Positions 1-12,600 of a stretch of 64,000 nucleotides of DNA are shown here, piece by piece. How positions within the stretch are numbered: position 1 is the first letter of the stretch; the number at the start of each line of letters is the position of its first letter. The notes below the pieces were generated by a model. The model made no database searches. It was not told where the DNA came from and saw nothing but the letters and a program-made list of their open reading frames with translations. A program made the position numbers and the translations under genes. This DNA comes from Octopus sinensis (taxonomy: Eukaryota), in assembly GCF_006345805.1 (NCBI RefSeq), contig NC_042997.1, positions 163,308,001 to 163,372,000 on the forward strand, in the 5' to 3' direction.

Positions 1-431
1 TCAGGTTATTATTATGCTTAGATGTTATTAATAAATCAAAATCTTAACAAAAATCCAAATTTGAAAGAATTACAAAAATAGCCACAAGGCCACAGATGTT
101 GTGAGAGAACAGTCAATTAGATTGATCCCAGTACTTGTACTTTATTCAGTTGACCTTAGAAGGGTTGAGTGGCAAAATAGACTTGGAATGAAGGAAGAAA
201 AATCAAGTCAATCTGGATGAAAAGAAGACAAAGTCAAATCTGGAAGAATCAAAGTTAAAACCAACACTGGAAGAACAAACAGTCGAATGAGATTTGAACT
301 CAGAACATAATGAGATCTGACTAAATAACGCTCTACTGATTCTGTCAATCTGTCACTCTTAGAATGACAAAAGTAATAAAAATATCTGAACTGTTTCCAG
401 CTGATGATAACATTCATGGCAATTAAAGGCA

Positions 432-473
432 TTACTTTTTCTCAATAGAAACAGTGGTATCAAGAAGTTTCAG
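432..473 (-). CDS. TDRD5: TDRD5 probable last coding exon (LKLLDTTVSIEKK*)
   Basis: catttctttttag acceptor, phase 0, TAA at 434-432. No AATAAA seen downstream within the window, so the 3' end is uncertain. Confidence 0.6.
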   Translation of the reverse strand: MKLLDTTVSIEKK

Positions 474-3400
474 CTAAAAAGAAATGCATATACTGTATTT
501 GATGGCTTATAAGATGCACTGTTTTTTAAAAAAAATCTCAAAAAAATCACTCTGGGTCCTATATATGAAATCAGGTCTATATCACCTGCTTTAATGCACT
601 AAAATCTTTTTTCCTAAATATGTGCTGTTGAAATTGGGGTACATCTAATATGTTTGTGCATCTTTCATGCCATCAAATACTTTAGTATGTAAAATACAAA
701 AAAACAAATATTCACAATTCCATTGACTATTTGTATAGAAAAGGCATAACAATAGAAAACATGGTTAAATGCCTTATATTCATGACCCAACGAAATTTCA
801 GAGGTTCTAAAGAAATTTAATGCCTTGCCTTTCTAAACACAAGTTTACTATAAAAGTAGAGCTAGTGATGAACATAATATCAAAATAATGTTAAAAAGAA
901 CTCGTGTTTACCGGAGACGAACTGGGTGAACGAGATGTTGATCGTGTATCTCTTGGAGAAAGACCCCGACTACTTGATGGGGAGCCACTGTGGTTAGACT
1001 GGCTTTGGTGGTACGGTGAATGGGATCTTCCTGCAAATAGTAATGATTTTTAACATTGGCACAGGGCCGCACATTTTGGGAAAAAGAGTTGTAGTCAGTA
1101 TATTTGGGCCTCCAGTACATGAATGGTACTTATTTTTACCAACCCTGCATGGATTTTTAACACAGGATGAACCAAACTAAACACCACAAGGTAATTAGTC
1201 TAGTTTATCGTTAATTTTTTTACTCAACAAATATGAATTTAAAATAAGGACACAAGGTCAAAAATGTGGTAGGGAGGCAACTGAGCTGATTTGCTCAAAT
1301 TCAAATATATGACTAGAACTTCTTTACTTTATCCCAGAGAGATGAAAGGAAAGGTCAACTTCAGCAAGATGTGAGCTCACAACATGAAAGGACATAGCTA
1401 AAGAGCAAGAGATAGTAAAATCTAGTGCTGTTTCTGCTAACCCAAAATATAATTGATTGAATTAGCCTTAACATCTTACTGGTAGGATGAAAGGTAAATT
1501 CAACTCAAAGAAGATTTGAACTTAAAAGTGAAATATCAATAAAACAATAAGGAACCTCAAGATTGCTATCTACATAATTTGTTGTTGAATCCCAGGTCAG
1601 CCCTGATCAGGAAATCTCCGAGCAAAAATGTTCTAGTAGTGACAATTCAATTAATTTCAGGCAGTGAATCTAAGACCTATTATCCTTTTCTTATAAAGAT
1701 GGTTGTATATGATATGAAGGAAATTTGGCAGCTATTATGAGTGAAAAAGCAAGCATACAGAGGCATTTTCATCAGTCCCACTAAACCTATTGTTAAATTG
1801 TTTTGTAAAATGATGGTTATAGATATGAATGTTAATCTACAACCCAAAGACAAAGGTTGTAGGCTTTATTGGGTTTCTGTAGATATTTTCTTTCTCAGTA
1901 TCTTTAGATGAGGCAGTCATGCCAAGCTGACAGATATTCCAGCTGTTCACAAATGTACACAACAAGTTCCTTATCAAGATTTTCTTTTCCTTATTTGACA
2001 CTTGTTAGATCTATGCCTGCTTAAGTCAAATGGAGTTTTATTGGGGCTTATTTTCTATGGCCGGATACCCTTCCTGTTGCCTCAATTGTCTCTAAGTAAG
2101 GTAACATTTTCTCATGGTCAGACATGGTTTTTGCAGAATAATGGAAATGAATGACACTGCTTGTATGAAAGTGATACTCATTTACAATAGACATTCTAAG
2201 TTAAAATAAAGAGATACAAACATACACTTAAACATACATATATATACTGATTGTTTCACCTTTACAGATGATTTCCATCTTCTTGTACTTCCTCATTGCC
2301 AGTGGAGATTCTATCCATGACCTCTCAGATGACTATTCAGAACTGCATATTATGAAGTATAGGTGATAGATGAAATTAACTGTGTGCTTCCAACAGGTTA
2401 GGTTGGCGCATGTCACCACTCTTCCATTACTAGAGAACATTCAGTAGATGGGCTTCTCAACCACATAGCTATGTCTGCGCTTCTAAGTTATGAGAGGTTA
2501 AAAAGTTTGATCCAAAGGCAATTTTAAAATTCTAAGACCCCTCAAGATATCAATAACTCCTTGTTAATTAAGATTGAAATGATTTGTAATAAATGAAAGC
2601 TGTGTTAAGCATTAACAGCAGTGGAAATGACTAAATGATTTATTCTTGTTAATGTTGTTAGGTACCAGGTCAATTACAATTGAGTAGATTTATGGCATTC
2701 AGTATTCCAGCCATGACCATCTTGTTTCTGTTTTTCAAATGTTATCATCTAATGTGTTCTTTCCTTTAACCCTTTAGCATTTAAACTGACCGTATCTGGC
2801 TAAAATATTCTACTTGTTTTATGTTCTAACTAGCCAAATCAGGCCTCTTACACATACATCACAATGTCATTCTGAAAATAAGCAATCACATCATCGAAAT
2901 CTCAAAGCCACAAGGTAATGAATAATTAGAGTAAAACAATGTGAATAAATAAGCATAACAGTCAACAGAATAGACTGTATGCTAAACATTCAAATAAAGA
3001 TAGTGAAAAATTAATTGAAGATTTGTAGCTACTAATTTTAGTAGATCATGTATCCACGTGAATACATGATCTACTAAAATTTTTAATCACTAGTTGAAAC
3101 CATTTCACTTCACACATTCCACATTCACGCATTTGAGAGAAATGCATGAAAACCACAATACACTTCTGACCTTAAGATTCATAAAACAATAAAAATGTTA
3201 AAAGCATAACTTAAGACATATTGCAGTTTCAAGACAATAAAAGAAATAACAAAATTAAAAAAAGAAACCCCCAAAACAGCAATGTAAATAAGTAAAATGA
3301 AAATGTGTTTGCAGAAGAATAATGACTGGTACAGGAAGATAGAGAAGAGAGTTACCAGGTGGGTCACGGTTTTCAACAGTGGGACTGAGTTTAATTAGTA

Positions 3401-3666
3401 GTTCATTCAACTTCTGTAATTTATCTTCAACATCTTCTAATTCTTTTACACAGTTTTCATAATCATTGGGATCTTTCATTAATCTGTTTAAAATTCGTTG
3501 TCTGAAAAGGAAATAAAGGAAGAGAACCACTCAGGTTTTAACTGAGGCGAAAAGAAAAAATCCTCAAATGGATATTACACTTAAACTTGTTTGCATTAAG
3601 AGGGTCTATATACTGAAAACCATAGTCTAACTATGTTTTTTATATGTTTATATGCATGTATATTTG

Positions 3667-3697
<31 letters not shown>

Positions 3698-6600
3698 TTA
3701 TTTGTATGGATTGTTGATTGTTTATCTTATATCGTAATATTTGATATGTTAGAATCTATTATAATATGTATTGTGAAGTGAAGATTACTATAAATAAAAT
3801 AATATTGTTATTATTGATAAACATAATAATAATAATATTAATAATTGATTATTATTTATGTGGTCATAAGCATAGATGTGTTTATATGTTCCAGTATATG
3901 TATATAATGTATATGACGAATGGTATATTTACTTGGACCTATTGTTTAATTGTGTTTATGTATTTTTACACATGTAAAAGTATATACACTCTGCTTATCT
4001 ATGTATATGTGTATATATGTATGTCTATATGGATATTTGTTCATATTTTTTTATATATATTAAATAATACGTGTATCATGTTTCATGTATTAATATGAAT
4101 ATATTTATAGTTCCTTATAACCTCTGACGAGGCCTATGGTTATATATATAAGTACCCTATTTTTAAATGCCTACAACCTCAATATATTGACAACTATAGG
4201 CAATAAAATAACTACTTTTAACCATAGGCTGAAACAGCTGTAAGAAGTGATTTTAATGATTTCAATAATTTATATTATGATTTTTATAATTTGTATTCTT
4301 ATCTTATATGTATTGAATTATAAGATATATATGTATGCTATTAAGGTTCTCATTTTGTTAAATGAATAAATAATCCAACATTCTAATATCCGAAAGTTGA
4401 TGAGCAAACTAAATTTGTTTCTCCATTTTTTTTATTTGTATTATAAATTAACAGTAAAAATATTTCTTTACCTTCACCTATTTAATACAATAAATATGTT
4501 AATTGCATTGCAATTAAAGACATTTATGTATTAAGAATCTGGGTACTTCACCAACAGTATATTGGATAAATACTATCCCTTAGTGGGTTACATCCACAAC
4601 CCCTAACTTACTTTGTGTTAAATATATATATGACACATACAAACCTATACACAAATTTATATATATACATACATAATTTTGTATTGTGATTTTGTACTTT
4701 GATTATTTACATACAACCATAAAGATTAGCTCTAGGAAAGTCATCTGGCTGTGAAACTATACCTCAAATGACATTTGTCTAACCCATGCTAGCATGGAAA
4801 AGGCGTAAAATGAATTATATATATATATAATAAATTTATAAGAGAAAAAAATTCTACTTGAGCATATAGGAAAAAAAGTTTACCTTTGCTTATGGAAAAT
4901 AGTCAAATTGTAATTGATGGTCTTCATGTCTTCTCCTGAAGCACTGGAATGGCGCAGCCAAGGTACAGCCTCCAGAGAGCCAGCTTTAAATTTGATTTCT
5001 TGGGAAGGAGAGCTCCATTGTGACCGAAGACTAGGAGGGGAAGCAGACTTACTCAAATTCAATTGTCCCTTATTTTTGACGGAGAGATGCTGGACTTGAT
5101 TTGAGAGTTTATTTGTAGGGATGGGGACAGGTGAAGTACATTTTACTATATTAAGAGTTGAGTTATCAGACACTTTCTTGAGAGAACTCCTTGCAATGTT
5201 ATTCTGTAATAAATTAAGATGAGAATATTAAACCCATGTTAAATAGTAGAAGCAAAGATACTGAATTGAAAATCACATTTATTATATATTGCAATTTGTC
5301 AACAAGTAATGTTTATTATAAATTTCCACAGAACTACTGGTTCACAGCCTTTCTGATGATGAGAGTAACAGGGGAATATTGTAAGTTGGTGCAGAACGAA
5401 TATAGCAAAAGATTGTTTCAGAAACAATTTTTCAGTTTTTCCACTAAAAGACATACATGTACATATACAAATATATTTTTACCTAAGTTGAGAGCTACAG
5501 GAGTAATATCAGGGCCTAGAATTCCATACAAAATAAAATATATATATATAGGGTTTGGACAAAATAATAGGAACACCTAGCATCATAATTTTGAAATATC
5601 TATAAAACTGTCAAAAGCTTATTTTTGTTTTTTGATTTATTATTAGTGTTGCTTAATATGTTTTACTAAAATTGCTTTCTTTTCAGATATCATCAGAAAA
5701 AGGTAATTAAAATTCATTAAAATGACAGATCTATCGGACTTTCAAAGAGGTCAAATTGTTGGTGCTTGTATGGCAGGCGCTAACGTAACGGAAACAGCTG
5801 AAATGTTTGGTGTATTAAGAAGTACTGTCTCGAAACTAATGACAGCCTTTGAGAAAGAGGGAAAAACTTCCTCGTCGAAACAAAACTATGGACGAAAACC
5901 AAAACTTTCAGATAGGGACCATCAGTCTCTTATGCAAATTGTTAGAAAGAATCACAAAAGTACAGCTCCCAAAATTACTGCAAAGCTTAATGACCATCAT
6001 GAGAACCCAGTTTCCACAAAAACTGTTCTCTGTTTTATAAGACAATTTCCTCATTAGAAAGAAAGATCAACAGAAAATAAATAGATTGTATTCAATTTAA
6101 AATTTCACACAGTAAACAAAATTACTATTTTGAAATCTTAACTTATGTCACCAGTCAGAAGTAAAAGCAAATGATGAACACTTAGTTGACTAATTGGTTA
6201 CCTACTTTCCAAAAATTATCATCTGGCTCAAACTCTTGGATTGCTTTGTAAACAGCTGCTTTTAACTCAGCAGAAGGATGACAAAAAGTTTCTAAAACCA
6301 GAGGGACACTGAAAAAAATAAAGAATTCAACAAAAAAATTTAACATAATAATTATTGATAGGGTACCATGCAAGATTAAACAACTTTTAAAGAAGTAAAT
6401 CTAAATTTTTGCGAAGATTGACAAATTTTTTATCAGTGACCAATAAATTAGATTATGTACTGAGCGAGTGTGTATTTTTAGAACCATTTAATTAAACCTT
6501 TCAAAACTGAAAATTCTTAATTAACAACTAACCAGGATTATCTGACAATTCAAAGAAATGCTTTCATTTCAAATGACTCCTGCAAATTTTGCCATGATTT

Positions 6601-9600
6601 TAAAATCTATTCTATTATATTTAATTTTGTTGTAAGCTAAACACAATAGCACACACACCCTTGCATATGTCGTGAGATTTTGTTAGTTGTTGGAGATACA
6701 AGAGGGTATATTCAGGTTTAATATAAGTAGCAGGAAAAAATTTTGCTACTCAGCAATTAGGATGATTGTAAAAAAATAAAAATAATTAATCTGAGGTCAA
6801 TCAGAGGCTATATGTTGAATCAAGTTCAATCAGTCCTGTTTCCAATCATTCTTTCTGATTAAAATATCTAACACATTTTCTTCTTTTTTCACATGTAACA
6901 AAAAGAAATGCCTTTATGTGTTAACTAATAAATATTTCCAAGTTCTTAAAATAATCCCTCCTTACAAATAGAAAAACAGCAGCTGTAAAGTTTTAGTCAT
7001 CGAAATAATACTTACTCTTCAAGCCGGAACAAAGTCAACCAATCTTTATGTTCATCGCCAGATTTCAAACCACTAAAGTTAATCCTAAAAGGATAACAAA
7101 AGCAGCTCAATAAGTTATTTTCAAAGAAGGAATTTTTTAAATCCTATTTTTGAATAATCTATAATTTAACAATAGATTTGGATTAATTTCAGAAAAAGAG
7201 AAGGGAATAATAGGTAAAATATTTGTAATAACATATCAACAGCAAATTCCTTTTTGTAGTGTGTTCCTGGCTGGTTAAAAATTATAAATGAAAATAGTGT
7301 GAATTTATGGCTACATGATTGAGCAGTTCAATTCCCAACCACATGGTTCTGGATTCAGTCCCATTGCATAGCACTTTGGGCAAGCAAGTCATATGAGTGG
7401 AACTGTTAGAGAAAAACTGAAAGAAAACTGTCTTATGTGTGTGTGCATGCGTTTGTTTATATTTACAATCACTTGTACAACTGTGTGGTAGGCAGCGTTG
7501 TTGTCAGTTTCTCTTGACAACAAATAATCCATGCATCCATGCACTTTGTGCCTTTGAAGCTGTGTAGAATAAGTGATCCCTTTTATGAAGAAAAATAAAA
7601 TTAACATCTGGAAAGGCATCCAGCTGTAAGACAATACCTCAAGTAATATATTCATCTAAACCATGCCAGCATGGAAAACTAGACACAAAATAAATGATTG
7701 AATGAACAAAAAAAAACCCCAAAAAACAAACAACAATACAAATAAAAAGCTCATATTAATTTGAGAACATTCTATAATAAAATCACAACCTATGGTTTAT
7801 CTACAGACTCAGTAAAATTAATTGAAAGAAAGGTGGTCATGGTTCCAGCCACACTGCATGGAATCCTGGACAAAGGTTTTCAAAAAAGCCCCAGACTGAC
7901 CAATGCCCTGAGAGTGAAACTGGTTGACAGAAACCACATAGAAATCTGTCATATGTGGTCTCCCTATGTTGACAGTGCTCTTTTTTTGTGTACCATAACT
8001 TAGTGGCTCAGTAAATAAAGATCAGTAAGTACTAAGGTTGATATTGACTAAAATCCAACGAGGCAGTATCACAGCATGATTGCAGTCCAACAACTGGAAC
8101 AAGTGAAACTATCAGCAAGCATTAAAACAAATTAATAGTTCTAGTTATCTTTTACTGTTCAACCACATATCTGTTATATTCTTATAACACCCACTTTGGT
8201 ACACAGTATACTTAGTAGACCAATAAAGACATGACTATCTGTGTCTGCCTACTATGTACTCTAGTACTTCACGTACTTCTCTATACTTATAGTTACTAGG
8301 TTATCCCATTCGTCACATGGGAAGGTGTACCATTATTACTAATTCCCTATAACAGTCACACAAGAAATACTATATTTCAGTTGAATAGACCAAAACAGGT
8401 TGTTTTGCTCCAGACCATTCCCAAATGAAGCCAGTCTATGATCAAAGGTGTTTCAACCACAACCAACCTATCTTTTCTTCAGACATAGTCATAGAGGACT
8501 AAATTATTAAACATGTCCTTCCTTTTGTAAAATAGTAGTGTGTAATTTAACAGATTCAGTTACAGGTCAAGCTAATGTATAGAGTTTCTTGTTGGTAAGT
8601 ACCAACAAAACTATTTACAAAACAAATTAAATGACGATGATACTAATTCTATTGTAATTTTTATGAAATATTTTCTTAAATTTACAGTTGCAGGTATGGC
8701 TGCATGGTAAGAAGCTTGCTTCCCAACCACATAGCAGATGATATGGTAGACAAAAACCAAAAGAAGCTTGTCGTGTGTGTGTCTTGTGTTTGTCCCCACC
8801 ACTTGACAACTGGTGTTGGTGTGTTTACACCCCTGTAATTTAGCAGTTCTGCAAAAGTGATCGACAGAATAAGTACCAGGCTAAAAAAAAGTACTGGAGT
8901 CGATTTGTTTGACTAAAAATTTTTCAAGGAAGTGCCCAAACATGGCCACAGCCTAATGACTGAAACAAGATAAAATTACACTAGAACACATAATTACTAA
9001 ATTAGAAGAAAATTTAATGAATTTTGACATCAGTCAAAAGAAAAAAATTATTATATATATATATATATATATATATATCTCAAATAGTGGATTACTCACT
9101 TTTCTAGTTCCTTAAACAATTCTTCGTAATCTTCTTCACAGATTATAACTTTTGAGATTCCAAGATTTACACGTCTAAGCTGGAAATGAAAAATAAAGAA
9201 TTAGTTATTATCTCCAGAATTATAGACTTGTAATCTATCTTTCTGAACATGTAGTTAAAGATCAACTGATTTGTTAAACTAGAAAAAAAAGTCAGAGAAA
9301 GAGAGAACAAAAGTAATAGAAAGTATTTAAAATTATTATAGATGCAAACATGGTGGTGTGGATGTAGAGTTGATCTTGAGTTCTAGCTTACTGTACAGCA
9401 CTTGGACAATTGTCTTCTTCCGAAATGACAAGATACCAGGTAGACCTAATTACTAGTTTTGTCTGTATACAGTCGTAGAAGTAAAGACAGGGAAATATTT
9501 CACTAATGCTAGATATGAAAAACTATCAACAATGAGGAGCTCAGAGGAAGAGTAGATCAATACCCAGTGTTCATCACCATCTGCAAGTGCCTACTGAGTT

Positions 9601-12600
9601 GGCTGGGACATGCAGGACTCCTGACAAACACACTCACCAACCAAGTCCTTAAGTGAAACCTTTAGAGGCAACGGTGCAGGGGACATCCCAAAGCACCTTC
9701 AGCTGGTAAACCTATGATGGAATGATGTATCGAGGGGGACTACTGACCAATCCTACTGGAGTATTTTGACTTCCCATGCATCATCTGATGCAGGAGTACC
9801 TATTTCTTTATTACCCACAAGGGGCTAAACACAGAGGGGACAAACAAGGACAGACACAGTTATTAAGTCGATTATATCAACCCCAGTGCGTAACTGGTAC
9901 TTATTTAATCGGCCCTGAAAGGATGAAAGGCAAAGTTGACCTCGGCGGAATTTGAACTCACAATGTAACAACAGACTAAATGCAGCTACGCATTTCGCCC
10001 GGCGTGCTAACGTTTCTGCCAGCTCGCCTGATGCAGGAGTACCTCAGTCTAAGTAAGTCAGATATGAAGTTGCAAATTTGCCAAAGGACTCAGAGTCTAA
10101 ACTGACTTGAGTTGGATTTAGTGTAACCAGAGACAATACAGAGAAACGGGGCATGTGCAACCAAAAGAATACCCTCCATCAGGCATTTGCCATATCCTGA
10201 ACGTCTTACTTCCCTGGGCATGGACACATTGAAACTCCGACGTCTGGCAGCTGACTTGGCAGACACCCATAAAATTATCAACCATCGCACAAACAATAAC
10301 TCTGAGCACCTCTTCAAACTCCACCCATCTAACACCCGTGGACATATTTACAAAGTAAGAAAACAGCACAGCTCCCATGACTTCAGGAAACATTTTTTCA
10401 CGCTGAGAGTTGCTGAAGCGTGGAACAAACTGCCGGCATCGGTTGTTAGTTGTCGGAGCACTGCATCCTTCAAAACTTCCATGCTTCCTGAGATTCGCCA
10501 ACACTACACTTGATACACACACAAGCATGTTCACTTTCCAGACATTTCTACACTACTGCATGTACTTTATATGCACTTTCTGACAAGTTGTGGTGCACCT
10601 GAGCACTGTATACAATAATTTCATTATTATTATTATTATTATTATAATGATAGAATCCCCTTCCACTGTAGAACAGTCCAAACCACAAATCACCTGCTGG
10701 TTTACTCATTATTAGATTTCCCCTCGCTGTTTTGGATGATATGAGAAATAACACAAAGAATGTACAAAAATTGTATAAAAGAAGAGGAAAGATTTGATAT
10801 AAATACCATTGTTCGTATAATGTCAATCTTCCAGAAGAAAGATGAAAGTTCACAGCTTGAGATACAGGCAGTTCCATTGAAATTGAAGAGGTGGATTGCA
10901 ATTTCAGGAGTGAGTTCTATTCTAAAAATATGAAAAAGGTTAAATAATCACATTAACTTTCAAGATTAAGTCCAAACTGATCTATGATGAAAGGCATCCC
11001 AACCATAACCATTCCATCTATTTTCAGGCATAGTGAGTGCTAAATTCATTGTTTTTTTTTAAGTTGGTAAAGTGCAATTGAAAGAGAGTTGACTGCTATT
11101 TCTAGCCCTTGAATGGCTAGCCATGTATAGAGGCTCCAAAATGAAACCAGTAAAATGTTTATTTAAAAAAAATTTTTTTTATTTATCTAGTTTCAGTTCA
11201 CAAGCTGTGGCCATGCTGGGGCATCCATGGAAAAATACAATAACAAACTAAAGGATAACAGAAAATTAATGCATGAGGGTGTTACTGAATTACAGAGGAG
11301 TGAGCTTGAATGTGTAAACATCAGTTAAATAATATTGAAGTAAATGGTAGATAACAACAAAATAATGCAATATTAATTGAAGATGTCATGCTGCAAAAAA
11401 ACAAAACAAAAAAAAAGATATAGTTTAAATGCCGGCATGTTTAAGACATTCACGTTACAAATACATAGAGCTTTAATCTCACTGCATGGTACATTCTTTT
11501 GTGACAACTAAAATCTTGAGAGTGAAATTCCTCCCACCAGCTCCTACACTGCCTTCATAATTTTTAACTCACCCACTCACTCACCCTCTCCAATCCCCAA
11601 TCCACTTCATCATTGCACCTCCCTGTAACTTGGGTATACAGCCCCTGCTCCCTTTTCATCACATCTTTATCATCTTCACTCTCTCCACCTGAGGTAGCTA
11701 TGTTTCCTCCTCTAATGCAAGACATTTTTTTTGTCCCTCAATACTACACCCCATTCAGTTGATACATCTTGTCATGTTATTTACTTGGGGACCTCACTGC
11801 TGCTATGTAAAAAGCACCCAGTACACTCTGTAAAGTGGATGGTGTCAGGAAGGGCATCCAGTCATAGAAACCATGCCAAAACAGACAGCAGAGCTTGGTA
11901 CAGTTTCCTGATTTACTAGTTCTTGTCAAACTGTCCAACCCATGCCAGCATGAAAAAGAGACATTAAATGATGATGGTGATGAAGAAAGGCTGTGTTGCA
12001 GCCTTGTTTGAGGGACTTTTCCTGTTCTTAGGGGTTGTCCAGTTTAATGCTAACACCTAGCCCATTGGTACCTGCTATAAATTATTTCACTACATGCATT
12101 TGGGTCAGGTGTCTAGTCCGTTTACCTTCCATCAGCCCCAGAAGACCCTAAAAAAAAGTCATGTTACTGAGTTATGTAAAAACAAATATAGATCAGAATA
12201 GTAAGATTTGTAGTGGTTTTTTTACACATGGGAAGTAAAAAAGCACCTGAGCATTCTCTATGGTAATAAAAGAAGCCAACACAAAATGGATGTCAACTAA
12301 CTTTGATCCTAAATCAATTAGCAGCCCTTACTTATCCTTAATTTAAAATATTCTGCTAAATCACACATCACCTTTGAAATATCATCATCGGTTAACATCC
12401 AAATTCCATGCTAACAACACAGACTGGATGGTTCAACAGGATCCAATGGATCTAAAGACTGCATCATGCTCTTGTGTCTGCTTTGGCATCGTTTTTATAG
12501 ATATATACTTTTCCTAATGTCAACCATTTTACAGCATGTACTTGGTACTTTCTTCAAGTAACCAAGTAGTTTGCAAAATATGAACCCTAATGAAACAGCT

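Noticed and set aside
3766-4098. 110-aa I/Y/M-rich ORF
   Set aside because: A by-product of AT-rich microsatellite-like sequence next to the hammerhead motif.
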